Source of the DNA: Rebecca billardiae RCC1528
Taxonomy: Eukaryota > Protista > Haptophyta
NCBI GenBank assembly: GCA_965240325.2
Contig: OZ251228.1
Location: forward strand, 62,001 to 126,000
DNA length: 64,000 nucleotides
Reading direction: 5' to 3'
Part shown: one piece after another, positions 41,117-54,210 of the stretch
Layout: each line of letters begins with the position of its first letter
How positions within the stretch are numbered: position 1 is the first letter of the stretch
Translations under genes and position numbers: made by a program
Notes under the pieces: generated by a model
The model's input: only the letters and a program-made list of their open reading frames with translations
What the model was told of the DNA's origin: nothing
Database searches by the model: none

Positions 41117-43024
41117 TCACGCCGCGCCGTCGTAGAACTCGGCCGGATGCTCCACCGCCTTGTCCGCCTCCCTCACTGCGCGCGCGGAGAGGGCAGGGTG
41201 CGCGCGCGCCGCCGCCGCTAGGCGCCGCCCCGTCCGCGCCGCGCGCGCGCGCGAGGGAGCGCGGCGCGCGCGCGCGCGAGGCGCGCGCGCGCGCGCACTC
41301 GTCATGCGCACGTCCTGACCGCCCTCATCCTCGTCCTCGTCGAGCTCGTCGTCGTCGGCGCCGTCGGCGTCGCCCTCGCGCGGCGTCTGGTGGAACGGCA
41401 CCGACGGCGCGGCGGGCAGGTGGCTCAGGTTCTCGAAGAGCCGCTCCCGGATCTTGTCCAGGTACTCGGGCGTGTTCAGGTTCTCCATGTTGGACGGGTG
41501 GATGTGCAGCTTGAAGTCGGGCGCGTAGTACTCAAAGTAGTCGTTGTACGGCAGCTCGTCCGGCACCTCCTCGCCCAGCGCGACGGCGGTCTCGTACGTC
41601 CAGCAGCGCGCCACGTTGCGGATCGTGTACCCGCCGCCGCCGAGCATCAGCGTCGGCAGGTTGAAGCCGAGCACAAAGTCCACGCAGTTCGCGTGCCCCT
41701 TGATCGACATGTTGAAGCAGCCGAGCCGGTCGCCGGTGAGCGAGTCGGCGCCGCACTGCAGCACGACGGCGTTGGGCTGGTACGTCTCCATGATCTTCTG
41801 GATGACGGGCTTGAAGATGTTCTCGTACGACTGGTCGTCGATCCCGTCGCGCAGCGGGAAGTTCACCGAGTAGTGCTTCCCCGCGCCCGCGCCCACGTCC
41901 TTCACGTCGCCCGTGCCGGGGAAGTACTCGCCAAACTTGTGGAAGGAGACCGTCATCACGCGGTCGGTCGTGTAGAAGGCCTCCTCGACGCCGTCGCCGT
42001 GGTGGATGTCGATGTCGATGTACAGCACGCGCGCGTGGTGCTTGAGCAGCTCGAGGATCGCCAGCACGATGTCGTTCACGTAGCAGAACCCGCTCGCCTC
42101 GCACTTCTTCGCGTGGTGCAGCCCGCCCGCCCAGTTGATCGCGATGTCGGCTTGCCTCCGATTCAGCTTGACCGCGCCGCCGATCGAGCCGCCCGCGGAG
42201 ATCTGGCAGAACTGGTACATGCCGTCGAAGACGGGGCAGTCCTCGCCCACGTTGACTGCGCGGCGCCGAGCGTGCGCGCCGAGCGGCGCGCGCGCGTGCC
42301 GACGCGGCGAGCCGAGGCGCGCGGGGCAGCGGCTGAGCGGCAGGCGGCGGCACAGCGCGCGCGCGGCCCGCTCCCCGCCCCGCGGCCGCAACCCCGCGCA
42401 GACCGCGTGGTACGCACGCACACGCGCACGCACACACGCACGCACACGCCCGCCCGCCCGCCGCGCGCCGCCGCCGCCGCCGCCTCCGCGCGCACATCGC
42501 TGCAGCTGCTTGGTGTGGTCGCTCATGTTGTCCGGCGTGATCACCTTGAGGAAGGACGTGTACTCGTCCGAGTGGAAGCGGCACATCTCGTCGTACTTGG
42601 CGGGCATCGGGCGCTGCACGCAGAGGGCGGAGAAGGACGGCCGGCCGCGCGCGCGGCGCGGGGGCGTCAGGCGCGCCGAGCCGCCGCGCGCGCGGCGGAT
42701 GGCAGCCGCGCGTGCGCCGGCCGCGCATGCGGCGCACGGCGCGCCCGCACGTAGATCTCCATCTTCTTGTAGAGGCCGTAATTTAGGAGGAGGTTGTGCG
42801 CCATGCGGATGCGATGGGGCTTCATAGGGTGCCCCTGCCCATAGTAGAAGTTGCCCACTTCGGCTGCGCCCATGATACGCGCGGCGCGGCGCCAAGGGCG
42901 CGCAGCCATAAGGCAGGCGCACGGGCGCGCCGCCGCGCGTGCGGCGCGCGCTCGCGGCGCGCGGGCCGTCCCGCGGCGCGCGCGCACAGTCGTAGAAGTA
43001 GCAGACTTTCTGCTTCCGCGTCAT
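41117..43024 (-). CDS. RPD3: Class I histone deacetylase (HDAC1/RPD3), ~5 exons
   Basis: [82 protein letters not shown]. Confidence 0.97.
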   Translation of the reverse strand: MTRKQKVCYFYDCARAPRDGPRAASARRTRGGAPVRLPYGCAPLAPRRAYHGRSRSGQLLLWAGAPYEAPSHPHGAQPPPKLRPLQEDGDLRAGAPCAACAAGARAAAIRRARGGSARLTPPRRARGRPSFSALCVQRPMPAKYDEMCRFHSDEYTSFLKVITPDNMSDHTKQLQRCARGGGGGGGARRAGGRVRACVRARVRAYHAVCAGLRPRGGERAARALCRRLPLSRCPARLGSPRRHARAPLGAHARRRAVNVGEDCPVFDGMYQFCQISAGGSIGGAVKLNRRQADIAINWAGGLHHAKKCEASGFCYVNDIVLAILELLKHHARVLYIDIDIHHGDGVEEAFYTTDRVMTVSFHKFGEYFPGTGDVKDVGAGAGKHYSVNFPLRDGIDDQSYENIFKPVIQKIMETYQPNAVVLQCGADSLTGDRLGCFNMSIKGHANCVDFVLGFNLPTLMLGGGGYTIRNVARCWTYETAVALGEEVPDELPYNDYFEYYAPDFKLHIHPSNMENLNTPEYLDKIRERLFENLSHLPAAPSVPFHQTPREGDADGADDDELDEDEDEGGQDVRMTSARARAPRARARRAPSRARAARTGRRLAAAARAHPALSARAVREADKAVEHPAEFYDGAA

Positions 43025-43699
43025 GGCGTAGCAAGCGCTCTGGCTGGCTAGCGCGCCGCGCGACGGGCTCGGCTCTCGAGGTCGCGGGGCGAGTGGTGCA
43101 GGACTCCCTTGCTGTGTTTGCTGCCTCTCGGCGTGGCCCTGCCGAGCCGGACTTTTTGCACACGGCGCTCTCCCGGACTCCGTCGAGGATACAAGAATGG
43201 CCGAATATTGATCAGAATACTATGCCGCGATATGCCGATGATATTCGCTTGTGGCCGGGATGGTGGACCATCGGTCCATCGCCGTGCACTAGAGCTGGGC
43301 GCAGCCGCCCGCGCTGCACCTGGCGCCAACGTGGCAGCGGACCCCGCCCGACCGACCGACCGCTCAGGACGCGGCTCAGACTGCGGGCCATGACCGGCAT
43401 GAGGCAGGCGCGGACCCCGGCCGCCGGGCCCGCCCGGGACGGCGGCCGAGGAAAGTCAAAGTCCGTGAAAGTGTGCAATAAATGTGCATGGTGAGGCTGC
43501 GACGACAGCGCCTCGCCTTGCCCTCCTCCGCCGCGGGCGCCGCCCGCCTTCTACCAGGCGAATCGCGTTCGATGGGCGCAGATGGGTGCCGCGGAGCGTC
43601 GGGCGGCCGTCGGCGATCTCGGCGATATTCGAAGATGCATGCTGTATTTCGCTCAGAATCGAGCTGGAACCTTGCGCGTCAGAAAATAGCTAGCAGCAT

Positions 43700-45397
43700 A
43701 TGATGGCGGCCCGCGCGGGCCGGCCGCGCGCGATCTCGCTCGCGGGGGTGTGGCTGCTGCTGTCGGTGGGCGAGCGCCGGCCGTGCGCCGCGCACGCGCT
43801 CGCCACGCGTGCCGAGACGCTCGCCGCCCTGCACGCCGAGCGCCAGGCGCTCGTCGAGCACAACGCCCGGCTGGCGGCCGCGCAAGAGGCGTACTCGCGC
43901 CCGGAGCCGCTGCCGGACTCGTGGCGCGCGCTGCGCGCGGCGGAGGCGCGGCGCGGCAAGCTCTCGGGGGCGCAGCTCGCGCGGCTCTTCGGCGACGAGG
44001 TCTCCGCGCTCGCGTACCGCCAGTGGACCCACCCCGGCTGCCACGGCGCCGGCCACCTGCCCGGGCGGCGCATCTACGCCAACGCATCGGGTGCGGACAT
44101 CGGCCGCGCGATGGGCATGTGCGGCGCGCGGTGCAAGCAGGGGTGCTTCCACGGCGCGGGCGCGGCGTACGCTCAGGACGTGCTCGTCCGCGCCTCGCGC
44201 GCCCGGCGCCACGGCGACGCCGCGCTGCGCGCCGCGCTCAACGGCAGCGCGGCCGCCCTCGTGGACGGCTTTGCGCACGCGCCCGCGCTCGAGGCGGCCG
44301 TGCTGGCGTACCCGGGCGAGGCGGCGCACGTGGTGGGGCACGGGGTCGCGCAGTCGGGCGTCTTCGCCCACGTCCCCGCGATGCTCGCCTTCTGCGCGCA
44401 CTGGCTCGCGCCGCGCTCGCCCGCGCCGCGCGCGTTTGCCCACTACTGCTCGGGCGGCGCGGTGATGGATTCCCTCAAGGAATCAAAGCTGGCGCTCGGC
44501 TCGAGCTACGCGGAGGCGGCGCGGTTCTGCGGCGGGCGGGAGGTGCCGCCGGCGAGCCGCGCGATGTGCTACTACTACGGCTTGCGCTCCGCCTTCCACA
44601 CCTGCTCCACCTGCGCCGACCCCGCCGGCTGCCTCCACGCGCCGCGCGCGCGCGAGCCGTGCGCGCCCGCGCCCGCGCACGGCGCGCCCGCGCGCCCGCG
44701 CGGCGGCTGGTCGCCGCCGGCGAGCGCCGAGGCGGTCGCGGACGCGCTGGTGGCGCTGTGCGCCAACGTGACCGCCGCTCAGCCCGCCGAGGCGGTCGCG
44801 AGCTGCTGGTACGTGCTCGGCGCGACGAGCACCTACCGCAACGACAAGCACGGCCGGCGGCGCGTGCACCCGCGTCTGTGCAGCCGCGCGCCCGAGCAGG
44901 GCGGCGCGCGGCTCGCGTGCATCGACGGCATGGCGACGCGCGCGGACAAGTACTTCCCCGAGCGGCTCGGCGCGATGTGCGCCGCGCTGGCCGCCGAGCC
45001 CGACCGCGCGCTGTGCCTCGCCATCGGCCGCGTGAACATGTACGACTCTGCCGCCAAGGAGAACACAGTGCTCCGGGCGCTGGCGGGGGCAGGCGCGGGC
45101 GCGGAGGGGCGCGGCGCCGAGCCGGCGGCGCTGCCGGCCCTGTGCGCGTCCGACGGCGGCTGCCACTTTGGGCGGAGCGCGCAGAGCCGCGCCGCGGACC
45201 CTGGCGGCGCGGAGCTGCCCGCGGCGTGGCGCACAGACCGGCTCGCCGCCTCGGCCGCGCGCCAGGTGCGGGCTGAGCGCAGCGAGAGCGGCAGACTCAC
45301 AGAGCGCACGCGTGAGCGCACGCGTGAGCGCACGCGTGAGCGCACGCGCCCAGGCGGCAGGCCCAGCCGCAGGGTGGTCCTGGAGCGAGTATTGTAG
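43700..45397 (+). CDS. Secreted Cys/His-rich hypothetical protein
   Basis: Signal-like N-terminus; repeated motifs GCHGAGH, CKQGCFHG, AHVVGHG, HYCSGGAVMD, CYYYG, CWYVLG, CIDG. Confidence 0.7.
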   Translation: MMAARAGRPRAISLAGVWLLLSVGERRPCAAHALATRAETLAALHAERQALVEHNARLAAAQEAYSRPEPLPDSWRALRAAEARRGKLSGAQLARLFGDEVSALAYRQWTHPGCHGAGHLPGRRIYANASGADIGRAMGMCGARCKQGCFHGAGAAYAQDVLVRASRARRHGDAALRAALNGSAAALVDGFAHAPALEAAVLAYPGEAAHVVGHGVAQSGVFAHVPAMLAFCAHWLAPRSPAPRAFAHYCSGGAVMDSLKESKLALGSSYAEAARFCGGREVPPASRAMCYYYGLRSAFHTCSTCADPAGCLHAPRAREPCAPAPAHGAPARPRGGWSPPASAEAVADALVALCANVTAAQPAEAVASCWYVLGATSTYRNDKHGRRRVHPRLCSRAPEQGGARLACIDGMATRADKYFPERLGAMCAALAAEPDRALCLAIGRVNMYDSAAKENTVLRALAGAGAGAEGRGAEPAALPALCASDGGCHFGRSAQSRAADPGGAELPAAWRTDRLAASAARQVRAERSESGRLTERTRERTRERTRERTRPGGRPSRRVVLERVL

Positions 45398-45601
45398 CGG
45401 GTAGCGCCACGCGCTTCATCACGATGCTTCGGAACTCGCGGATCAGACTGAGCTGCCACGGTGGCCACGGCGGGCCGCTGGGCGGGGGCTGGCGCCGGAC
45501 TCGACTCGGCCGGCGGTTCCTCGTCCTGCTAGCTCGCACTTTGCAACAACGAAGAGCTGCTTCGGGCGACGACGCGCGGCAATTTCGGCCGGCCGCGTCG
45601 C

Positions 45602-48068
45602 ATGGCGGCCTGCTCGATGCCGCCGCGCCGGCGATGGGCGGCGCTGCTGCTCGCCGTGCTGCTGCCGCTCGTGGCGCTCGGCGCGGGCAGGCCGGGCGTG
45701 GGCCGGCCGGGCGGGGGCCGCGTCGCGCGGCCCGCCTCCGCCGCGCAGCCGCCGCGCCCGCGCAACGCGAACAAGGAGATCAACCGGCAGCTGGTCGCGG
45801 CGCAGACGGCCGAGCAGATCGTGCGCTGCTACGAGCAGCGCGGCGCCGAGTTCGACGACGTGAACCTGAGCACGGCGTGGAACCGGCTCGGGAAGGCCCA
45901 CCTCGCGCACGCCGCGCGGCGCGCCTTCTTCACCGCGCACGAGCCCACCCTCCGCTCGATGCGCGAGCACCTGGAGGGCGTGACCGAGCGGCTGCCGCCG
46001 CGCAACCTCGCCGGCGTCGCGCACGGCATCGCGCGGCTGGGGTACAAGGGGGCGCACCCGACGATGGGCTCGATCGCGTCGGCCGCCGCCGCGCAGATGC
46101 CCTCGTTCAAGCCGCAGGAGATCGCCAACCTCGTCTGGTCCTTTGCGAAGGCGGGCGTGGCCGCGCCCGAGCTGTTTGGCGCGGTGCGCGCCGAGGCGGT
46201 GCCGCGCCTCGGCGAGTTCAAGGCGCAGGAGCTGGCGAACTCGGCGTGGGCGTTCGCGCGCTCGGGCGTGCACGAGCCCGGCTTCTTCGACCCCGTCGGC
46301 GTGCGCGCCGCCGACTTCCTCCACGAGTTCAAGGGCCAGGAGCTCGTCAACCTCGCGTGGGCGTTTGCGACCGCGCGCGTGCCCGCGCGCGGCTTCTTTG
46401 ACGCGGTCGCGGCCGAGGCGGCGGCGCGCACGGCGGAGTTCAACTCGCAGGAGCTGGGCAACCTGGCGTGGGCGTTCGCGAAGGCGGACCACCCCGCGCC
46501 CGCGCTCTTCGACGCGATCGCCGCCGAGGCCACGCCGCGGCTGCACGAGTTCAAGCCGCAGGAGCTCGCCAACACGGCGTGGGCGTTCGCGACCGCGGGC
46601 GTGCCCGCGCGCGCGCTCTTTGCGGCGCTCGCGCGCGAGGCGGCGCCGCGGCTGAAGCACTTCAAGACGCAGGAGCTGGCGAACACGGCGTGGGCGTTCG
46701 CCACCGCCGCGGCGCCCGGCCGCGCCGCGCTCTTCGCCGCCCTCGCCGCCGAGGCCACGCCGCGCATGGCCTCGTTTCGGCCGCAGGAGATAGCGAACAC
46801 GGCGTGGGCGTTCGCGACCGCCGCCATCGACGCGCCCGAGCTCTTCGCGAGCATGGCGCGCGAGGCGCGGCGGCGCGCGAAGGAGTTCAACTCGCAGGAG
46901 CTGGCGAACGTGGCGTGGGCCTTCGCCAAGCGCGGCGCGCCCGCCGAGGACGCGCTCGCCGCCATCGCCGTCGCGGCGCGCAGCCGCGCCGATACGTTCC
47001 GGCCGCAGGGCATAGCCAACCTCGCGTGGGCGTTTGCGACCGCCAACGCGCCGTGCGCGGCCGAGCTGCTGCGCACGTTCGAGCAGATGGTGCTGAGCGA
47101 CGGGCACGGTGGCGGGCTCGCGCTGCGCGCGTTCAAGTCGCAGGAGATCGCCAACCTCGTCTGGGCCTGCGCCACCGCCGGCGCGCGCTGCCCCGAGCTG
47201 CTGCGCGCGGTCGCAGACACGACGGTTCCTCGCATCGCAGAGTTTGAGCCGCAGGACGTGGCCAACACGGCGTGGGCGTTCACGGTGACGGAGCAGCTCT
47301 CGGCGGAGATCGCGGGGGCGCTGGTGGCGCGCGCGTGCGCGAGCGACGTCGGCTCCTTCGGCCTCGAGGCGTGCTGCCAGCTGCACCAGCTCAACATGGG
47401 CCTCCTCCTCGACGCGCCCGAGCTGGGCCTGCGGCTGACGGGTCCGCTCTCACGCGCGTGCCACGAGGCGATGGTGGTGCAGGCACCCGCCGCGTCGTCG
47501 CTGCTGCACATGGACGTGTCCGGCGCGCTGCGCCGGATGGGCGTGGAGCACGTGAACGAGCTGTGCGTGCCCACGCTCGGCTACCACTGCGACATCGCCA
47601 TCGTGCCCGGCGGGCCCACCACGCTCGCGTCGATGCCGACCGGCGCGCGCACGCGCGCGGTCGCGACCGACTGGCACCCGCCGCGCCCGCCGCCCGGCTC
47701 GACGATCGTCGAGGTGAACGGGCCGTGGCACTACACGCCGGACCGCAGGCCGCGCTTCGCGTCGGAGACGAAGGTGCGCCACCTCCGCCGCGCGGGTTGG
47801 CGCGTGCTCGAGGTCCCCTGGTGGGAGTGGGAGAAGCTGAACACCAACGACGCCAAGCAAGCGTACCTGCGCGCGCTCCTGCTGGGGGAGCCGTCTGGCG
47901 GCGCGGACGCGCGCGCGCGCCGCACGGGCGCGATGATGCGCGAGCTGATGGACGGCGACGCCGAGGCGAGGCATCGGCGAGAGCCGGCGATGGGCGACTT
48001 GCTCGGCGGCGCCGCCGCCGCCGCCGCGCGCGTCGCCATGGCCGAGCCGCGGCAAGAGCCTCGCGAGC

Positions 48069-48135
<67 letters not shown>

Positions 48136-48493
48136 ACCGACGGCGCCGCCAGCGCCCCAGCAGCCGCCACCGTCACCGCCGCCCCCGCCGACCGCGCGCG
48201 CGGCTACCGCCGCCGCCACGTGGAGCGTGGCCGGCTGGGACGACGAGCGGCTCGACCGCCTCGTCGCGCGCTTCGTGCGCGAGGTCCGAGGCGTCTCGCC
48301 ACGCAAGGGGCGCACGCTGCGCGCGCACGCGGCCGACATGCTCGCGCAGGGCGCAGAGCTGAGCGCGCTCAGCCCAGCGCAGTGGCAGTGCGCCGGGATC
48401 GGCGAGCGGCTCGCGCAGCGCGTGCATGCCGTCGCGCAGGCCGAGGCCGCCGCCAGACGTGGCGGCGGCTCCGACGGCGACGGCGGGGCGTGA
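45602..48493 (+). CDS. Octotricopeptide-repeat (OPR) protein with RAP domain, probably plastid-targeted
   Basis: About a dozen ~38-aa repeats F-x-xQELANxAWAFA; RAP motifs VEVNGPWHY...GWRVLEVPWWEW; N-terminal signal peptide. Confidence 0.92.
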
Positions 48494-49161
48494 GGGCGCC
48501 AAGTGATCAGCGCGCGCGCGGCCGTGCCGGCGCGCACTCACTGGGCGCAGGCTGACGGCCAGGGGGGCTGCTGGTCTGCCTCGCTCGCTGGCTTGCAAAC
48601 TACACGCAAAAAAGGGGTGGCACGCGGCGGCAGCGCGGCTGAGCACTGCCCGGAAGCGTGCGCGTGCGCCCGCGCCGTCCCGTGGCTTTCCACGTCTCCG
48701 CCGCCTGCTCCTGCGGCCCGAGCAGTCGCTGCCGTCATCACCACCGTCATCAATCACACACAGGCACTACTTCTGAGTACTTCAGCGCGTATGAGCGCGC
48801 ACCCTGCTGCTTGCACAGCGCCGCACATCAAGGTATGCGGCGCTGCTGCCGGGCGGCGGGCAGATCGAACCACACTACGAGCAGCAGAATGATACGACGA
48901 CGCGCTACGACATCGTCCCGGAGCATATTCCGCCGATTATTCCGGACCGACGGCCGCGGCCGTGGCTAGTGCGCCGACGACGCGGACGACGCATGCAGCG
49001 CCATTCCGGCGGCGGCCGCCGGCGCCGGGACGGGACTCGCCACTCGCGGCCTGCCTGAGCCGTCGTGGGCCGTGTGGCGTGTCGAGGGCGAGTCGCGTCG
49101 TCCGCGCCCGTCGTCGTCTGAGTGCTGCTAGTATAGTACTACTATATCTAGCGCGCTATTA

Positions 49162-51475
49162 TGGCCCGCGGTGCAGGGCGGAGCGCGCAGCGTGGAGCCC
49201 GCACCAGCGGGCCGGAACCACGTTTCAAAAAGATCTTTGATCAAGAAAAAGGGACGCGGGGGCCGATTTTTAGGGCTGGCGGAGACCGAGTTTCGAATTT
49301 TGAGACCCTCTCTACAGATGCATCACGGAGAAAAAAACCGCGTCCACGACATTCCCCTAATCAATCGTGGACGGCCGGGCGTGAGAGTTCACTTCTGTGT
49401 GAAGTAGGACGGTTACAAGTCCAATACAAGCGTCAGCTTCTTTGAGGCTATTTTTGCACGTCCTTACGGGATCAGCGAAGTAACCAACCGATATATATTG
49501 GCTTCGTCGGGGTCGTATTCACTACTGCCCGAGTACTGGAGAACATTTGCACCGCGCTTCGTATTCATATGTATGGTTCACGCAGGCATAAAATCGCTTC
49601 GTCGGGGTCGTATCCACTATACTGGAGAACATCATTTGCACCGCTTCGTTTTCATCGAGCAGAATATCATATCGATATTCATCAGGCGCACGTGTGCGTA
49701 TTCATCATCAGCCTTCGGGAATTGGGAGTAGCTATTGGCCTTTGCCCTCTGGCGAGCCAGTTGTGCGCACTTTAAGAGCAGGCCTGAGCAGGCTCGAGGC
49801 CACTTTTTTGCCGCTCACGTGGACATGATGCCGAGCACGTCTCACGAGGTGCGCGCGGCGAGTGGCGTCTGGAGCGCGCGGCTGTGGTGGGCCCCGACGG
49901 CCGTCGACATCGCGTTCGTGCCCCGCTCACTCTGAACTCCGCGCGCCCCCGCCGCCCTATCGATCGATCATCGATGCCTGCGCGCGGAATCGTGCACCGC
50001 GCGTGCCGCCCGCGACCGGCCGCGGCAGGCCCGAGCCGCCCTTTCGGGCTCTCGCAAGCACGGGGGCAGCGGCGCCTGATGGCGGACTGATCGACATCTG
50101 AGTCTCCGACTTCACCACGCGCCCCCCTCGTCATGCCTTCCCGGGGTCTCCCACGGAAGACGGACTAACCGAGCAGGCGACGGTACTGTCTGTACGCTGC
50201 CGTGACACACGGCGCCTGGGCAGCGGGCAGTGGTGGCGGGGTCCCGCGGACGTCAGTCTTCCCCTCGCGCCCTGCTCACCTCGAGTGCGCCGCCACGCGC
50301 CTCCGCACGCGTGTCCCATCGATGCGCAGAGCGGCATGCTTGCATGAAAGTTGAAATGGCTGGGTCATCAGCCCGCGCCGGCAAGTCTGTCTAGCGCTGG
50401 ACGGACGGACATAGGAGGACGAGCAGCGCGGGCGACGGTGGTGCGCGACGCTCCCAGAGCTGGCCGTGCCTCTGCGACGCGTGCCGAGCCTGACCGAGGT
50501 GTGTCACCCGGTCCACGCGCGGCGCGCGCGAAGGCACCGGTGCTGTGGCTGCTCGGCTCGAATCCGCGGCCTCGCCTGGCACCGCGGCACCGTGCTCCCT
50601 GGCTGTCAGCTCCGCGTGGCCTGGCGTGCACGTAGAGTTGCGCTCATGCGTCGATCACGCCTCGCGCCCGCCTGTCGGCCGTCGCGCAGGCGCTGGTCGA
50701 ACCCTACTCGGACCAGTGCAAATCATCTATCCCGTGGCCGCTGCCGGCGCGCGGTGACGGGACAGCGCGGTCAGCAGCAGGCGCAGCGGCCCGAACGAAT
50801 CCGCGGCCCCGCACCGTGCTCCCTGGCTGTCTGCTCCGCGTGGCCTGGCGTGCACGTGGAGTCGCGCTCATGCGTCGATCACGCCTCGTCGCATCCGCCT
50901 GTACACAATATCGGCGCCGCGGCGGCGGCTCGCGGTCAGCAGCAGGCGCAGCGGCCCGAACGAATCCGCGGCCCCGCACCGTGCTCCCTGGCTGTCTGCT
51001 CCGCGTGGCCTGGCGTGCACGTGGAGTCGCGCTCATGCGTCGATCACGCCTCGTCGCATCCGCCTGTACACAATATCGGCGCCGCGGCGGCGGCTGTGAC
51101 TGGGCCCGCCCGGCCCCGGGCGCCCCGGCGGCCCGGCGCGGCCGAGGCGGCGGCGCGCCGCTGGAGTCTACTGCTACAGTTTACTAAGAATAAGAGACGC
51201 ACACAGCTCAGGCAGGCGAGATTGACGCCCGCCAGCTGTCACCGCCCATGAAGCCGTCGCCGATGGTAGCGCCGCCGGAAAAAAATCGTTACATCAGTAG
51301 TTGTACGGGCATGCCAACCGTGCCATTACTGGTCTCACTCTCAGCCTCAGGTCTGTCCGAATCGGACAATCGTGAAATTGAATAGAGTTAGACGACTGCG
51401 CGACGGAGGGTGCACCGCCACCGCGGGCCCCGAACTACGTTCGTTCTACGGAAAAGGACCGCGGAACGCGGTCAT
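49162..51475 (+). mobile_element. Non-autonomous Helitron2/Helentron-like element, copy B
   Basis: 5' ggcccgcggtg (49163-73) is inverted vs caccgcgggcc (51419-29); terminal hairpin 51457-51473; ends shared with copy A. Confidence 0.6.
50560..51093 (+). repeat. ~165-bp tandem duplication plus a diverged third copy
   Basis: gcaccgtgctccctggctgtc at ~50587, 50811, 50976. Confidence 0.85.
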
Positions 51476-51569
51476 TCTCAGAATAACTATATTGTCTATT
51501 CTCACCGCGGCCAGTCTGCAGCGCCGAGCCCTCACTCCCGACGAGTGACACAATCGATCTTGCTGCTCC

Positions 51570-51678
<109 letters not shown>

Positions 51679-52769
51679 AATAGGGAATATCTCCTCGGTT
51701 TGTAACTGTTTGAGTCCGTTTAAGTTCGTCGTTTAGGCTTAATTCCAGGGTGTAGAATCCGCCTGTCCCAATTTCAGACTGCCAAAATGTGATCTGCTAG
51801 ACGGTGCGATTCTGGTGCAAATAGCGAGATCACCTTGGAGATCGTGTATCTCCCCTACTAATGTTGCCGAGATCGCGTCGAGATTGAGGTCGTATATCTC
51901 CAGTATGATGTGACATTTTTTCGCAAAACTTGTCAGCGTGACCCCAGCTCATTTCAGGCGAATATTGACATCCCGAAGTTTGAGAGCCTCATCTCAAGAC
52001 GACAGGAAGTTGGATTTTGGGCCACGCACCCCCCAGTGTGAGTGGGGCTCTGACCCCTCTAGGCCCCGAGCCCGCGCGGCGCGCGGGCGGCGGGGCAGCA
52101 CAGTGAGTCAGAGTGTCACCCGCGGGCCTAGTGGCTAGTGAGTAACTACTGCCAGCAGTGCCCGCAGTGGTGCCGGTGCCCCCGCCGCCAACTACTAGAG
52201 AGAAGGCATCGCGTCCATGCCCGATGGCCGGGGCTATACCGCTTCATATATTGTTCGCTCAGACTGAGTCTGACTGAGCTAGACTCGGACCCGCGAGAAC
52301 GACCGAATATAACCGGATGACCGCCTGTAACCGAAATGGCGAGTCCGACAGGCAGTGATCCGCGGTCCCCGGCCCGCCAGGCGCCAGCCCCCGCGGGTCC
52401 CGCCAGGCCCAGGGCGAGGCCGAGACGGCGGCCGATACTAATAATGCTATATCCTCCGCAGCAGACTCGTCGGGTGCCCAATGCTAATCGTCGAGAGCCT
52501 CAGACTCCGTCTCCTGCCGGCGCGGCGCCTCACTAGTCAGAGCTTACACGGGCGCATACTACAGTGATACACCACTGATCCTGATGTCGTCAATCATCAG
52601 TTGATGTCCCGGACAGTATAAGCTAGTAGTGACTGCTCACTCAGTGCGGTGCTCGTGCGGCCCGGTCGGCCGGTGATGAGCTGGTTATATAAATCGTGCG
52701 CCTCTATAAGTCTAGCGCCAGCACTGCTGTCAGTGACTCACTCAGTAACAGTGCTCGTGCCGCTCAGTC

Positions 52770-53275
52770 GTGGCCGTCGGGGAGCTGGTCGTGCGCCTCT
52801 CGCGCCAGCACTGTGGATCTGTCATCACACTTCAGTGACTCAGACATCAGTTCAGTGGCGGTGCAGGTGCTCGTGGCCGTCGGGGAGCTGGTCGTGCGCC
52901 TCTCGCGCCAGCACTAGTCTGTCGTGACTCACTCAGTGGTGCTCGTGGCCGTCGGGGAGCTGGTCGTGCGCCTCTCGCGCGCCAGCGGCACTGTCATCAG
53001 TGACTCAGTTCAGTGGTGCTCGTGGCCGTCGGGGAGCTGGTCGTGCGCCTCTCGCGCGCCAGCGGCACTGTCATCAGTGACTCAGTTCAGTGGTGCTCGT
53101 GGCCGTCGGGGAGCTGGTCGTGCGCCTCTCGCGCCAGCACTGTCTGTGACTCACTCAGTGGTGCTCGTGGCCGTCGGGGAGCTGGTCGTGCGCCTCTCGC
53201 GCCAGCACTGTCAGTGACTCACTCAGTGGTGCTCGTGGCCGTCCGGGAGCTGGTCGTGCGCCTCTCGCGCCAGCA
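52770..53275. repeat. Seven copies of a ~40-50-bp unit with variable linkers, derived from the 3' coding end of the adjacent gene
   Basis: gtggccgtcggggagctggtcgtgcgcctctcgcgccagc at ~52770, 52874, 52945, 53022, 53099, 53167, 53235. Confidence 0.9.
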
Positions 53276-54210
53276 CGCATTGCTTCTGGCTGCTGATGCC
53301 GAGCAGCGGGAACATGACGACGAGCACGACGCACATGCTCACGAGCAGCATCGGTGGGCGCTCCGCCTCCGGCCTCTCCTGCCGGTAGTGCTTGCGCGTC
53401 CTGTGCGCGGAGCGAGAGCCCTGCCGGCCCGGCTCGGGCGGAGCGCCCTCCGCGTGCGCAGCGTCCTGCTGCTCCCGCCGCAGCGCGTCCTCGCGCGCGG
53501 CGCGGCCGCCGCCGCAGCACAGCCAGCTCGCGCGCGGCGGAGGCGGCGCCCCGCCCTCTGTGGCGGAGGTGCCCGCCTCGGCCGCTCTCGAGCGCCCGCC
53601 CGCCCCGCCCGCGCCCTCGTCCACGTCCACGTGCTTCTCAAACCCGTCTGGGCGGCGCGCGGGCTGCGCGCGCCGCCTGTGCCGGTAGATCTGCGCCTCG
53701 CGGGGTCGCCGCGCGGGGCGTGGCATGGCGCAGGCGTCGGCTCAGCCCACCACACGCCACGCCGGGCGCACGCGGGCAGGAGCGCACGCGGGCGGGAGCG
53801 CGGTGCTTCGGAGCGCGCACCGCGTAGAGCGCCATGCACAGCAGCGCCAGCAGCACCGGCACCCACGGGAAGACGTAGGTGAACCACGCCGGGTACATCT
53901 CGATCATGTCGTCGTGCGCGGTGTGATGAGGCGCGCCCGGATCCCTGCCCACCGCGTGCTCGTCGTGCTCCTCGCCGTCCTCCTCGCCGTGCTCGTCGAT
54001 GCCGAGCGCTTTCCGGTACCCGTGCAGCTCCTTGGAGCAGTTGCGCATCACGAGCGCCTCGGCGACGACCAGGACGATGAGGACGACGTCGACACAGAGG
54101 AAGATCCGCGTCACTGTGCTGTTCCACATCGTCATGTCGAAGCGCCGTTTAGCGGCCGCGGGCTCCGCCGCGGCCGGGCTTGCCGCCGCGGGCTGCTGCG
54201 ACGACGACAT
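53223..54210 (-). CDS. Three-TM membrane protein with His/Glu-rich loop; one intron (~53692-53820)
   Basis: TMs IFLCVDVVLIVLVVAEALV, VFPWVPVLLALLCMALYA, LLVSMCVVLVVMFPLLGI; loop DEHGEEDGEEHDEH; tail HDQLPDGHEHH. Confidence 0.7.

Noticed and set aside
41117-43024. 635-aa single-ORF HDAC with odd insertions
   Set aside because: The insertions are stop-free GC-rich introns; the conserved HPMKPHR exon is in another frame.
45443-47574. Long antisense ORFs over the OPR gene (and similar shadows over most genes)
   Set aside because: Expected from extreme GC3 bias; no domain signatures.
52770-53275. CRISPR-like look (constant repeat with variable spacers)
   Set aside because: Linkers are related to each other, the repeat is a host coding end, there are no cas genes, and the context is eukaryotic.
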